64,000 bases of DNA from Coleofasciculus chthonoplastes F2-STO-03 (GCA_040222015.1 JAVJWO010000193.1:1-64000), one strand, 5' to 3'; counted from the stretch's first letter, positions 51,048 through 61,882 are shown. The notes: generated from the sequence alone by a model not told the origin. Numbers and translations: made by a program.

Positions 51048-51854
51048 TTATCTTCTTATTGAGTCAAAATTATAAATTTTATCAATGAACTTAATTTTCC
51101 GACCCCTGAAAAAAAAGTAAACTACTTCATAGCCTTTATCACCTAAAAAAACATAAGCAATTAGCTTTAAAAAGAACCTCGTTAAAACACTTACTTTGTT
51201 TTTGCGGAATTGCAAATTTTCACGGAATCTATCTAGTAAGTATTTACTGCTTGTAGATATTCCACCAAAAGAGCTAACTGATATATAATTATCGATGAAT
51301 AAAATATCATGCTTTTCTGGTAGATAACGAGTCCAAAGTTCACTATCAGCGCAATATTTAAACATAGTATCAAAATGAAATTTATCGAAATCTTTTCTTG
51401 CCATAAAGAGCGCTTGATGTGGTAATTTTCTGGAAGAAGGTTTGGTTTCTATAATATATTTAGTATAATTGCTAACGAATAAGTTTTTACCACAAATTGA
51501 TTTGAATGGTTTCCTCATCTCTAAAAAAGGAAGCTCTTCAATTGTTTTAGGCGAAAAAAAAACATCTCCTGCATTTAAAAAATTAACATAATCACCTGAT
51601 GCTAAATTGAATGCTTTGTTCATAGCTTCAAATATACCATTATCAACTTCACTCTTCCATATATTAATAAATTGATCATACTGTTTTATTATTTCTAATG
51701 TTCCATCTGTAGAACCACCATCTATAACAATGTACTCTATATTAGAATAGGTTTGCATTGCAACAGATAAAATTGTTTCTTCGATATATTTAACCGCATT
51801 TAGGGTTACCGTTACAACAGATACTTTTGGTAGGTAATTATTTGGCATATTCAC
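51048..51854 (-). CDS. GT2 glycosyltransferase
   Basis: IDGGSTDGT, GIFEAMNKA, FLNAGD and HQA. Confidence 0.88.
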   Translation of the reverse strand: MNMPNNYLPKVSVVTVTLNAVKYIEETILSVAMQTYSNIEYIVIDGGSTDGTLEIIKQYDQFINIWKSEVDNGIFEAMNKAFNLASGDYVNFLNAGDVFFSPKTIEELPFLEMRKPFKSICGKNLFVSNYTKYIIETKPSSRKLPHQALFMARKDFDKFHFDTMFKYCADSELWTRYLPEKHDILFIDNYISVSSFGGISTSSKYLLDRFRENLQFRKNKVSVLTRFFLKLIAYVFLGDKGYEVVYFFFRGRKIKFIDKIYNFDSIRR

Positions 51855-51921
51855 AATTAAAAATTGTACATAATAGATACTTTATTTTATTTAGATAATT
51901 AATTTATTCCAATCAAATATT

Positions 51922-52683
51922 TCAATGATGGATAAATAGACTATCCTGTTGTAGGATTCGTCCATTGGCGGCACTGTATAATTGTCCAAGTGAACCGGCA
52001 TACATAAATCCCCAGCTAGTCAGTTTCTCGTATATATCATAAAATAGTGGCTGACATTTGTATAGCTCATTGAAAGATGTTTCTACTATAATTATTTTTG
52101 CTCTTCTAATAGTTTTTTCTCCACCTTGCAACACTCTATCTTCATAACCTTGAACGTCCATTTTAATGCAAAGTGGGTCACAAATATTGATTTCTTCAGC
52201 AATAGTATCTAGTTTTCTGACCTCCACTTTGAGTGGCTTGCTATGAGCAGTCTGAGAAAACTCGGTTTTATGTAGTTCAGTCATCTTCAAAAGGGATGAT
52301 GATTGAGAAAAGTTATTTTCCTCCATTTCTAAACTTCCTTCATGATTTCCAACGGCTATGTTAAACCCTTTGAATTTATCTACATTTGCCATTCTGGATT
52401 GAAGCTTTGAAAAACAGTCAGGCAATGGCTCAAATGAGTAAATTTTAGAGTTAGGGAAAGCTGAATTAACCGTAACAGTGAACTGACCGCAGTTAGCACC
52501 AATATCAATAAAAGTTTTTATGTCTAGTGATTTAAACCAAGTTTGATTGAGTGATCTAAATATATGAATTGATCCACCTTTAAGCTTGAGCAATAATAAT
52601 TTTGGATTTTCAATTATGCAGGATATTCTTTCTATGTTTTGAGCGATCTTAGTGATTGTAGACATAGCTATGTGTGTTGTCAA
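51922..52683 (-). CDS. FkbM-family methyltransferase
   Basis: DIGANCG, SFEP and KMDVQGYE. Confidence 0.88.
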   Translation of the reverse strand: MTTHIAMSTITKIAQNIERISCIIENPKLLLLKLKGGSIHIFRSLNQTWFKSLDIKTFIDIGANCGQFTVTVNSAFPNSKIYSFEPLPDCFSKLQSRMANVDKFKGFNIAVGNHEGSLEMEENNFSQSSSLLKMTELHKTEFSQTAHSKPLKVEVRKLDTIAEEINICDPLCIKMDVQGYEDRVLQGGEKTIRRAKIIIVETSFNELYKCQPLFYDIYEKLTSWGFMYAGSLGQLYSAANGRILQQDSLFIHH

Positions 52684-52710
52684 TTTGTTATATCTTAGGC
52701 GGCTTATCTA

Positions 52711-54000
52711 TTACTTAGATTTATTACTTAGAGTATTGTAATTTTTCGCAAAAAGGCTTTTTGTCTTGTATAAGATTTTACGAATGCGACTGTAACCATA
52801 TTTATTTTCAGACATCCATATTGTCTTTGCTACTATAGAAGCTTCATAAACATTAGATAATTCCATGTCAAAAAGATTAATTCCTCTAGTATTAAAAAAA
52901 GTGTTAATTACAAACAAAATTTGTTTTGTTTTATAAAAAATACGTAACATTTGTAATGTATTAGATTGCAAGAAATTAAGTTTTATTCCATGTTTTTCAA
53001 GTATCAAATTTACCCATTTTTCTACTTCATCGTAGTGCTGATCTTTCGCGCTTATAAGTGCTAGGTTTAGTTGCTTATTCATGTTTATTTTTAAGTTCTT
53101 TCTATAGTGTAAAAATGTGGCTTGTAAATAAGATTCATATACCATTACTTGGAGAGATTCTGTAAACTTTTTAGTACATTCTAATTGAAGAGATTTGTGT
53201 ATAGGTATATTACCTTCTGAATAAAATTTTTGTACAGGAGAGTTGTAAGTATTTTTATTTTTGAAGTGTGATGTTCCTGTGCTGTGGTGGGAAGCACCAT
53301 TAATTGCTAATGGTTCATATAAGTAAAGATACTTGTCTAAAAACAAAGCTAATGCAATTGCACTATAAACATCAGGAATCATGGATTTATAAAAAATACC
53401 TTTAGCATCCTCTTTTTTTAACTTATTAATAATATCCATACTAACAAAGCCACCCTGGTAAAGCATTGGTAGTTGATCGTAACTAGCTGTCCCATTCATC
53501 ACTTTCAATAGCCACTTTTTACAATCTCTTATCTCATAACCTTTTTTTATTGGCACAGTAAAATAAGAATTGCGATTTGAGTTCAAGGATGGCCAGGAAT
53601 ATTTACATAAACTCGATTGAACAGCATATACATTATTATTATTTTGGATAATAGAACTTACTCTTGAGATTGCTGAAGGAAGCAAGGCATCATCATCACC
53701 AATAATGGTAACCCAGCCATCTTTGACATGAGATAAAGCAAATTCCCAATTATGAGACATACTTACTCGTTTGCCAGTATTCAGGTATTTAATGCGTGAG
53801 TCTTTTTGTTGATAACTTCGTATCAATTTATCGGTATGATCTTCACTGAAATTGTCGCTTACAATGATGTCGAGGTTATGATACTTTTGGGCAGTTACTG
53901 TTTTCAGACAGTGTTCTAGAGTATCTGGTCGCTGCCGCGTTGGAATTATTACAGAAAATTTAATTGCAGAATCCATGTTTTGTTGGTTTCTATTGTACAC
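52711..54000 (-). CDS. GT2 glycosyltransferase
   Basis: SVIIPTR, VSDNFS, NWEFAL and GDDD. Confidence 0.85.
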   Translation of the reverse strand: MYNRNQQNMDSAIKFSVIIPTRQRPDTLEHCLKTVTAQKYHNLDIIVSDNFSEDHTDKLIRSYQQKDSRIKYLNTGKRVSMSHNWEFALSHVKDGWVTIIGDDDALLPSAISRVSSIIQNNNNVYAVQSSLCKYSWPSLNSNRNSYFTVPIKKGYEIRDCKKWLLKVMNGTASYDQLPMLYQGGFVSMDIINKLKKEDAKGIFYKSMIPDVYSAIALALFLDKYLYLYEPLAINGASHHSTGTSHFKNKNTYNSPVQKFYSEGNIPIHKSLQLECTKKFTESLQVMVYESYLQATFLHYRKNLKINMNKQLNLALISAKDQHYDEVEKWVNLILEKHGIKLNFLQSNTLQMLRIFYKTKQILFVINTFFNTRGINLFDMELSNVYEASIVAKTIWMSENKYGYSRIRKILYKTKSLFAKNYNTLSNKSK

Positions 54001-54026
54001 CTAGTTTTAGCACCCATTTAAAACAC

Positions 54027-55550
54027 TTATTTTTCTATCCGTTTCGGTGGCGAAAGCGTTAAAAAAGAAAGAATAATTAACCAAGCCCGTTCCCTTACTC
54101 TGTTCGCGGCTAGGACTGTCGCGGTGCATGTGCATATTGAGGCTACGGCTAGCGTCGCCAGTTGAGGCAGAATTCGGACAGAATCAGGCAATATCCAGCC
54201 GATTGTAGTGGCTACAACCAAAGCAGCCAATAGCGGGTACAGAACATCCTGCCGATACCAGTGCCACTTCTCGGTTTTCAAAATGCGACGGTACATGAAA
54301 TGTATCCCAATCAAAACGTAGCCTAAGTTCAGGCTGACCCAGACCCAAGCAGCCCCCACAGCACCATAGCGAGGGGTTGCCCAAAAAATAGCCGGAACGA
54401 TCAGCAAAACAGATACAATGTTAATACACACCGTAAGCTTAGTCCAGCCATGGGCAAGTTGGGTTTGGTAGGGAATCCACATCAGACCATTGAGTAAATT
54501 GCCTAGTACCAGTAGTCTGAGCAAGGGAGCAGTGTTCTTAACAAGTTCGGGATTCTGAGTCCAAAGCTGGAGAAAAGTCTCCGAGAAAACTATAAGTACT
54601 AGGGCAGTACTACCCAAGGTCACCGTAACCAATTGTGCTCCTTGATGATAGGTACGAATTAGACCAGGGGAATCTTGTGTTGCGTATAGCTGAGTCAGGC
54701 GAGGAAACCAAGCCTGGGTAATTGGGGAAACCAGCATATACAAAGCCCCAGCCACTGATGCGGCTAGAGTGTAGTAGCCATAGTTAGTCAGCGTCAGCAG
54801 CCTAGCGAGAAGAATTTTATCAATCTTAGTCAGCAGTAGAGCCAGAAAAGTGATTCCCATCATACCCCCAGCAAATTGCCAAATATTACGCAGAACTAAC
54901 CATGAAAACCGACCCGGACGCTTGCCTCTGGGCAAGATGTTGTAGATAGTGAAGGCGAGAATGGAGAGAGTGGCGATTGAAATTAACCCTTGCCAAAGGA
55001 AGAATGCTTGGATTGTTGGTGAAACCCACGCCAGAATAGCCACTGCACCAAAACCACGCAGCGTTGCCATGACACCGTTGATGGTGTTGAATAGCACCTG
55101 TCGCTGTAAACCGACGATGCTGCTACGGTACAACCCTTCGATAAACCGTAGAGCCGTGACCATACCCATAATGCTAAACGCCTGAGCCACCACAGCGACT
55201 GGTAGTTCCTCTGCCCTAAGCCAAGAATTGGCTAGCCATTGAGAACTTAGGGCAATGACACCTGCGAATAAAATCGCAATCATTAATGCAATAGTTTCTA
55301 TGGTGCGTAGTAAATCCCGGATTGACGTTGCTGTGTGTTCGCCCCCTGTAAAGCGAGCCATCTCCCGCGCCAAGGTAGGGGTCATCCCCATATCGAGCAA
55401 GCTCAACCAAGCAGTCACCACTGCAAATAGACCAATTAGACCATAGGCTTCAATCCCGATAAATCGGATATAGAGGGGAATGAACGCAAAACCCATCAAG
55501 GCGATCCACCCTTGACCAAGGTAATTGGCGAGCAGGTTTCGTTTAAGCAT
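54027..55550 (-). CDS. wzx: Wzx-type oligosaccharide flippase
   Basis: LKRNLLANY, LDMG, DKILL...YGYY and a predominantly hydrophobic multi-TM sequence. Confidence 0.85.
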   Translation of the reverse strand: MLKRNLLANYLGQGWIALMGFAFIPLYIRFIGIEAYGLIGLFAVVTAWLSLLDMGMTPTLAREMARFTGGEHTATSIRDLLRTIETIALMIAILFAGVIALSSQWLANSWLRAEELPVAVVAQAFSIMGMVTALRFIEGLYRSSIVGLQRQVLFNTINGVMATLRGFGAVAILAWVSPTIQAFFLWQGLISIATLSILAFTIYNILPRGKRPGRFSWLVLRNIWQFAGGMMGITFLALLLTKIDKILLARLLTLTNYGYYTLAASVAGALYMLVSPITQAWFPRLTQLYATQDSPGLIRTYHQGAQLVTVTLGSTALVLIVFSETFLQLWTQNPELVKNTAPLLRLLVLGNLLNGLMWIPYQTQLAHGWTKLTVCINIVSVLLIVPAIFWATPRYGAVGAAWVWVSLNLGYVLIGIHFMYRRILKTEKWHWYRQDVLYPLLAALVVATTIGWILPDSVRILPQLATLAVASICTCTATVLAANRVRERAWLIILSFLTLSPPKRIEK

Positions 55551-55603
55551 TATGCCTACTTGAGAATTCTAGCTTCATAACGTTGCAAAAACTAAGGAGG
55601 TAT

Positions 55604-56344
55604 TCAACTAACTCGTTTCAAGTAGCCATCGGGGGCAACTGTAATCAAAAGCTTGTGTTGGATGTTTTTATCGATTTTAAACTCAGGGTGGGTTTTGAGG
55701 TATTCCCAGACGGCAGTTTTGGGATTGTTCCCCTTACCCCAAGGACGATCAGGAAACATATCATCGGGTAAATCTTCAATGATGGTATCGAAGACAACGC
55801 AGTAACTCCCCACAGACGTTAATAGTGCATAAGCTTCTAGTTCAGCCAGAACGTGGTCGTGGGTATGATTACTATCCAGACAGACTAATATTTTATGCTT
55901 ATTCGCGGCTTTCTCCTTAACCAGATCAACAACTTCTGGGGCAATACTAGACCCTTCAATCATTGAGATGCGCTTAAACATGGGATGCGCTTCAATGGCT
56001 TCTCGGTTGTGGCTACGGATATCAATATCAATCCCTATCACCTCAGCATCTTGAGAACCACCACAAATAGCATTAAGCTCTAACATTGAAGCCGAAAAAA
56101 TAAGTGATCCCCCGTGAGCAATACCTGTTTCTATAATCAAATCAGGTTGGACAAACCAGATTAACTCCTGGGTAGCAATTATATCTTGAGGATACTGAAT
56201 GATGGGACGACCAAGCCAAGAAAAATTGTAAGAGTATTTTTGATAATTTGATGATTTTATGAAAGCATCCGTACTAGCCACTAGATTGAGGTTTTTTATG
56301 TTAGCCATGATTCGTTGACGCCGCTCTTGTTCAAATCGTTCCAT
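55604..56344 (-). CDS. Cephalosporin hydroxylase (CmcI)-family protein, probable sugar O-methyltransferase
   Basis: WLGRPIIQYPQD, IETGIAHGGS and LDSNHTHDHV. Confidence 0.88.
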   Translation of the reverse strand: MERFEQERRQRIMANIKNLNLVASTDAFIKSSNYQKYSYNFSWLGRPIIQYPQDIIATQELIWFVQPDLIIETGIAHGGSLIFSASMLELNAICGGSQDAEVIGIDIDIRSHNREAIEAHPMFKRISMIEGSSIAPEVVDLVKEKAANKHKILVCLDSNHTHDHVLAELEAYALLTSVGSYCVVFDTIIEDLPDDMFPDRPWGKGNNPKTAVWEYLKTHPEFKIDKNIQHKLLITVAPDGYLKRVS

Positions 56345-57404
56345 AATCCACAGTTAAATAATTGTATTGATTGCCAGTCATATCAATTATCTCAGACAAA
56401 TAGTTACTATTCATAACTAAAATGTCCGCCCCTTTGCTAAGGTGTTTCATTGCTTCCGTTGGGGAATAAACCTTAATTCCTGTAGCTGCTAAATACTTCT
56501 CTTGCTTGGCAGGGTTTATGTCAATAACAATTTTTAAATCAACTCCATGACGTTGCATAAATAAAGAAAAGATGACGCCCTTAGATGCACCTCCCCATAC
56601 AGCAATACTTTTAGATGCTTTATGTTTCAGTATCCTTGCATATTGACTGACTGTATCAATAAAATCCTTAGGAAATGTAATCACATCATCAGCATCTCTT
56701 TGGGGAACTCTGAGTGTACTTAGATCGGCTATCACATATAGATATTGTCCACCAAAAATATGCCCTACCTCATAAATTTTTTCAAACATTCTATAAAAGT
56801 CTAATTCTCTGAAATAATTGACATGCTCATAGAATATATCAAACCAAGCTCTATGTTTAATAATCCATTCAAAACATGGAACTTCAATGTAGATCTTACC
56901 ACCACCATTGGCATCACGAATTTTAGAGCAAAATCCAATTGGGTTTTGAGTATGTTCAAGGACATGCCTTAGTATAACGCCATCAAACTTAATTCCTATA
57001 TTTGGAGTGAAGTAGTCCTTGATGATAGAATTATTTGAGCCTTCGTAGGTTGGATCAATACCTAAAACATTCAATCCAGATTCTTGTAAAAGCTCAACAA
57101 AATAACCCTTACCACAGCCCACTTCAATCAATGAATGTCCTTCAAAGTGCTTTTCAATAAGTCTCTTAACAGAATTTAAATGCTCTCGAAAAACACGGCT
57201 ACCGGCTTGTTCATTCTGGTAGTCAGTATCATACAACATTAGTTCCGGCTGAAAAGCTTTATTAAAAACCAAACCTGTTTTTAGGCTTTGAACCAAATAA
57301 ATGTCGCCTTTTCCACAATTTATTGCTTCATATTCTGTATTAAACATCCGATTTTGAAAAACAGGTAGTTGTTCTACTCTGTAAATTTCTCGATAGTGCT
57401 TCAA
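56331..57404 (-). CDS. Class I SAM methyltransferase (C-methyltransferase-like)
   Basis: EVGCGKG, RHVLEH, FYEH and WGGASKG. Confidence 0.82.
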   Translation of the reverse strand: MKHYREIYRVEQLPVFQNRMFNTEYEAINCGKGDIYLVQSLKTGLVFNKAFQPELMLYDTDYQNEQAGSRVFREHLNSVKRLIEKHFEGHSLIEVGCGKGYFVELLQESGLNVLGIDPTYEGSNNSIIKDYFTPNIGIKFDGVILRHVLEHTQNPIGFCSKIRDANGGGKIYIEVPCFEWIIKHRAWFDIFYEHVNYFRELDFYRMFEKIYEVGHIFGGQYLYVIADLSTLRVPQRDADDVITFPKDFIDTVSQYARILKHKASKSIAVWGGASKGVIFSLFMQRHGVDLKIVIDINPAKQEKYLAATGIKVYSPTEAMKHLSKGADILVMNSNYLSEIIDMTGNQYNYLTVDYGTI

Positions 57405-58243
57405 AATTCCTCCAGAAATCGATCAAGTTTTCTTCGAGTACCCCAAAATGCCATAGGTTCATGTTCAGGGTAAGGATAATAGCCAAGGTTTAACTGAATT
57501 TCCCAGCCATGAGTTTCTATCCAATATTCGACTAATCTGCGAATAGAGATAGGATTGCCTGAGCAAATATTCACAATACCTATATTTCTGGACTTTAAGG
57601 CAAGTTTTACCAAAATTTTTGCAATCTCGCTCACAGGTAAGTAATCGCGTAACTGCTCACCTCCTGACATATTAAATACATCATGTCTATTTTCAATGGC
57701 ACTTTTGAGTTGAGAAAAAAGCGTAGTTTGAGGCTGTCCATCACCGTACATATAGAATAACCTTGCCCAAGCCAACTTAAATGGTTGCTGAGATTGAAGA
57801 TATTCAAGTTGACAGCGCAAAGCATTCTTGGCATAGCCATAGGGAGTACAGGGACAGGTTACAAGTGTCTCTTCTAAAGCTCCTGATTGCATACCATACT
57901 CAAAGCAAGTTCCAGCAACAATAAGATTAGATAAGCCTGATTGTATCAGTTCTTTTAAGAATTGGTATTGGCAAGGCAATTCTTGTTCAAAGTGATGCAA
58001 AGATTGGTAATTAGGTAATCCTCCCCATGCGAGATGGATTAATATATCTGGGGAACCCAGTAAATTAAATAGGTCAGTCGGTGGCTCACATAAATCAACA
58101 GTAACTACTTTTCCAGCAAAGTCTTTGATGATATTGCTGTTAGAATCACGAACCAGTGCCACAACATCTACTGGATATCGGTACAGTTGGGCAAGAACAT
58201 GACGACCGATAAAGCCAGTGGCTCCAGTCACAGCCACCTTCAC
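57401..58243 (-). CDS. NAD-dependent epimerase/4-reductase (likely GTG start 58243)
   Basis: TGATGFIG, HLAW, GTCFEYG and YGYAK. GGAGG RBS and GTGA overlap with the upstream stop. Confidence 0.87.
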   Translation of the reverse strand: MKVAVTGATGFIGRHVLAQLYRYPVDVVALVRDSNSNIIKDFAGKVVTVDLCEPPTDLFNLLGSPDILIHLAWGGLPNYQSLHHFEQELPCQYQFLKELIQSGLSNLIVAGTCFEYGMQSGALEETLVTCPCTPYGYAKNALRCQLEYLQSQQPFKLAWARLFYMYGDGQPQTTLFSQLKSAIENRHDVFNMSGGEQLRDYLPVSEIAKILVKLALKSRNIGIVNICSGNPISIRRLVEYWIETHGWEIQLNLGYYPYPEHEPMAFWGTRRKLDRFLEEF

Positions 58244-59475
58244 TTTATCACCTCCAGTTGAGGAACTGCCGTTACAAACTGCCCACCCCACTCCCGAATA
58301 TACCCTAGCTGATTCATGACCTCAGTCTTCAGATTCCACGGCAAAATAACAATATAATCTGGTTTCATTTCTTGAATAGATAATTCTTCCACAATTGGAA
58401 TTCGACTACCGGGCATAAACTTCCCTTGCTTTACAGGATTACGATCCACCACAAACGATAGTAAATCCGGACGAATTCCTGCATAATTCAACAATGTATT
58501 CCCCTTTGCTGCCGCACCATAGCCAGCCACAACCTTTTCCTGACGTTTAGCCTTCAGCAAAAAAGTTAAAAAATCATCCTTTACCCGATTAGCTCGTTTC
58601 TGAAAACCCGAGTAAAAATCAGCATTTGATAAACCAACCTTTAACTCCTCATCCAGTAACCCATCAACACGACTTGTCAACGAGTGCGAACCCGAATCCC
58701 TATGCTGGGCAAAAACCCTCAAACTGCCTCCGTGGGTTGAATGTTCTTCAACATCAAAAATACTCAAACCATTCACAGTAAAAATCTGCTGAACTGCTGT
58801 TAATGATAAATAAGAAAAATGTTCATGATAGACTGTATCAAACTGATTTCCTTCAATTAATCTCAATAAGTGAGGGAACTCAAACGTGGCTACTCCTTGA
58901 GGTTTAAGCAACATAGCAAAACCTGAAACAAAATCGTTAATATCCGGAACGTGGGCTAAAACATTATTAGCCGCTATCAAATCCGCTTGTTTACCACAAT
59001 TGACTAACTTACGAGCAAGGCGAACGCTAAAGAAATCTTCAACAACCTCAATCCCCTTTCTCCTAGCTGCCGCAGCAGTGCTGGCTGTGGGTTCAACTCC
59101 CAAACAAGCAATATTATGATCTTTAAAATATTGCAGCAAATAGCCATCATTAGCTGCAACCTCAACCACATAACTATCACCATTGAGATCAAATCGACTC
59201 ATCACATCCGCTACATACCGCTCCGCGTGAGCCAACCAAGTCTGAGAAAAAGAGCTGAAGTAAGCATAACTAGCATCGAAAAGTTCCGCCGCATCTGTAA
59301 AATCTTCCGTCTGTACAAGCCAGCAATTTGTACACACCAAAACCCGCAGAGGAAACCACTTTTCCGAGGCGTGAAGTTGTTCTGGGGTTAAATAGGCATT
59401 GGATGGTGGCGCACTTCCTAAATCAATAAAAGATAGCTTCAATGTCTCATGACAGTGACGACATTTCATAGACAC
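58240..59475 (-). CDS. NDP-hexose C3-methyltransferase
   Basis: CRHC...CTNC Zn site, EVAANDG, NNVLAHVPD, YHEH, HGGSLR and GYGAAAKG. Confidence 0.9.
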   Translation of the reverse strand: MSMKCRHCHETLKLSFIDLGSAPPSNAYLTPEQLHASEKWFPLRVLVCTNCWLVQTEDFTDAAELFDASYAYFSSFSQTWLAHAERYVADVMSRFDLNGDSYVVEVAANDGYLLQYFKDHNIACLGVEPTASTAAAARRKGIEVVEDFFSVRLARKLVNCGKQADLIAANNVLAHVPDINDFVSGFAMLLKPQGVATFEFPHLLRLIEGNQFDTVYHEHFSYLSLTAVQQIFTVNGLSIFDVEEHSTHGGSLRVFAQHRDSGSHSLTSRVDGLLDEELKVGLSNADFYSGFQKRANRVKDDFLTFLLKAKRQEKVVAGYGAAAKGNTLLNYAGIRPDLLSFVVDRNPVKQGKFMPGSRIPIVEELSIQEMKPDYIVILPWNLKTEVMNQLGYIREWGGQFVTAVPQLEVIK

Positions 59476-60032
59476 ACCCCACCAAACTGAGAGTCATGAA
59501 TGAATGGATGGGCGCGATCGCGTTGAGATAATTCCATAATGGGTAAAGGCCAAGCAATATTGAGATCGGGGTCTTGAACGTGCAAACCTCCCTCAAACTC
59601 AGGTTGATAAGATGACGTATGTAAATATAGCAGTTCACAATCGTCTGTCAAGGTTTGAAAACCGTGGGCAAACCCTTCTGGAATACAAAGGCTTTTGTAG
59701 TTATCAGCCGATAAGACCTCCCCATACCAATGCACAAAAGTGGGCGATCCTTTTCGCAGATCCACCGCCACATCAAAAACCTCTCCCTGTAAGCAGCTAA
59801 CAATCTTTGCCTCAGCATAGGGCGGGTATTGGAAGTGAAGCCCCCGTACAGTTCCCTTCGAGCGAGTCAAGGAATGATTGATTTGAACAATGGTTTTGCC
59901 AAAACCGACGCGACTCAATTCATCGATGCAGTACATACGGCTAAATTCCCCTCGATGGTCTGAGTTCGCCTGTCGTTTGGCTACCAAGAGTCCTGATAAG
60001 GAAGTCGGTTGAAAGCTAAAGCGATTACTCAT
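59466..60032 (-). CDS. rfbC: NDP-4-keto-6-deoxyglucose 3,5-epimerase (RmlC/RfbC family)
   Basis: DHRGEF, RGLHFQ, DVAVDLR and GFAHGF. Confidence 0.9.
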   Translation of the reverse strand: MSNRFSFQPTSLSGLLVAKRQANSDHRGEFSRMYCIDELSRVGFGKTIVQINHSLTRSKGTVRGLHFQYPPYAEAKIVSCLQGEVFDVAVDLRKGSPTFVHWYGEVLSADNYKSLCIPEGFAHGFQTLTDDCELLYLHTSSYQPEFEGGLHVQDPDLNIAWPLPIMELSQRDRAHPFIHDSQFGGVCL

Positions 60033-60035
60033 ACC

Positions 60036-61136
60036 TTATCGACCCTCTTGATAAGCAAGAATTTGACCTAGGGAATATTGCTGCATATCCTTTTCTTGCT
60101 GCCAGACTCGATACCACTCAACGGTCTGTCTAAGAGCTCGATCTAATGACCAATGCGATCGCCACCCTAAGTGAGTCCACGCTTTTGTCGTATCTAGGCG
60201 TAGGAGACTCGCTTCATGGGGATGAAAATTCAACTTATCAACTTTAATTTCGCCATATCCCCATAATTCAACCACCTGTCGTGCCACTCTCTCAACGGTT
60301 GCTTCATTGGCAGGGTCTGGACCAAAATTCCAACTATCAGCGTAGATTGCAGAAGGTTGGAGCCATAACTGCTGAGTGAGCATTAAGTAACCTGCTAAAG
60401 GATCGAGAACGTGCTGCCAAGGGCGTACTGCACTTGGATAACGCAAGAAAATTGGCTGATCTAGCATTAATGCTCGAATACAGTCGGGAATCAAGCGGAA
60501 TTCAGCCCAATCTCCACCTCCAATTACATTTCCCGCTCGAACGGTGGCGATCGCAGCTTGCTGACTTGCATCCGAGCCAGTTGTAAAAAAACTCGCTCGA
60601 TAAGACCGTGTGACTATTTCGGCACAAGCTTTACTAGCACTATAGGGGTCATGTCCGCCCAGTGGATCGTTTTCTCGATAAGGATAACACCATTCGCGAT
60701 TTTCATAACACTTGTCAGTGGTGACGTTAATAACAGCCCGAACGCTAGGATTAGCACGAACCGCCTCTAACAAATTAACTGTTCCAAGTACATTGACAGC
60801 ATAAGTTTCTACCGGCTCTTTGTAGGAATAACGGACTAACGACTGTGCTGCCAGATGAAATACAATGTCTGGCTGAACGCACTTCATTGCATCTGCCAAC
60901 CTTGCTCCGTTACGAATATCACCAAAGGTATTGCTCGCGAGCAAATCTGCAACTTGTGCTACTTCATAAAAACTCGGTTGAGTTGGAGGTTGTAAGGAAT
61001 AACCATGAACCTCTGCTCCTAGGGACTGAAGCCAAAGCGATAGCCATCCCCCCTTAAAGCCCGTGTGACCTGTTAGAAAGACTTTTTTATTCTGCCAAAA
61101 ATCAGGATTTATACCCATACTTTCCACGGAGCACAA
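60036..61136 (-). CDS. rfbG: CDP-glucose 4,6-dehydratase
   Basis: TGHTGFKG, TTDKCY, DPYSASK, RAGNVIGGGD and RPWQHVL. Confidence 0.95.
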   Translation of the reverse strand: MCSVESMGINPDFWQNKKVFLTGHTGFKGGWLSLWLQSLGAEVHGYSLQPPTQPSFYEVAQVADLLASNTFGDIRNGARLADAMKCVQPDIVFHLAAQSLVRYSYKEPVETYAVNVLGTVNLLEAVRANPSVRAVINVTTDKCYENREWCYPYRENDPLGGHDPYSASKACAEIVTRSYRASFFTTGSDASQQAAIATVRAGNVIGGGDWAEFRLIPDCIRALMLDQPIFLRYPSAVRPWQHVLDPLAGYLMLTQQLWLQPSAIYADSWNFGPDPANEATVERVARQVVELWGYGEIKVDKLNFHPHEASLLRLDTTKAWTHLGWRSHWSLDRALRQTVEWYRVWQQEKDMQQYSLGQILAYQEGR

Positions 61137-61882
61137 TTCTCTTTCCAGAGTGATTCAAGATAATTTTTATCCCTCAACGTATCCATTGGTTGCCAAAAAC
61201 CCCTGTGTTTATATGCCAATAATTGACCTTTGCTGGCAATAATTTGTAAGGGTTCCCTTTCCCACGAGGTTTGATCGCCGCTAATGAACTCGAAAACTTG
61301 TGGCTCTAACACAAAAAAACCACCATTAATCCAGGCATTATCTCCTTGAGGCTTTTCTTGAAATGCGATGACGGCATCGTCTACAGAAAGTCTAATCGCT
61401 CCGTACCGTCCTGGCGGTTGTACAGCCGTTAATGTAGCCCATCGCCCTTTTTTTTGGTGAAGTTGAACTAATGCACGAATGTTAACATCAGCTACCCCAT
61501 CTCCATAAGTAAAACAGAAGGTTTGATCGCCAATATGCGATTGGATGCGCTTTAGTCGCCCTCCAGTCATCGTATCATCTCCTGTATCAACTAAGGTTAC
61601 TTTCCATGGTTCTGCTTGTTGACGATGCACTTCCATACGATTTTCATCCATATGAAAAGTTACATCAGACATATGAAGAAAATAATTCGCAAAATATTCT
61701 TTAATAATATATCCTTTGTAACCACAACAAATAATAAATTCATTGATTCCATAAAATGAGTAGATTTTAAGGATATGCCATAAGATTGGTTTTCCGCCAA
61801 TTTCGAGCATGGGTTTTGGTTTAAGATGGGTTTCTTCCGCTAAACGAGTTCCAAACCCACCTGCAAGAATTACAGCTTTCAC
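61109..61882 (-). CDS. rfbF: Glucose-1-phosphate cytidylyltransferase
   Basis: ILAGGFGTRLAEET..KPKP, TYGDG, INGGFF and FWQPMDTLRD. Confidence 0.95.
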   Translation of the reverse strand: MKAVILAGGFGTRLAEETHLKPKPMLEIGGKPILWHILKIYSFYGINEFIICCGYKGYIIKEYFANYFLHMSDVTFHMDENRMEVHRQQAEPWKVTLVDTGDDTMTGGRLKRIQSHIGDQTFCFTYGDGVADVNIRALVQLHQKKGRWATLTAVQPPGRYGAIRLSVDDAVIAFQEKPQGDNAWINGGFFVLEPQVFEFISGDQTSWEREPLQIIASKGQLLAYKHRGFWQPMDTLRDKNYLESLWKENCAPWKVWV

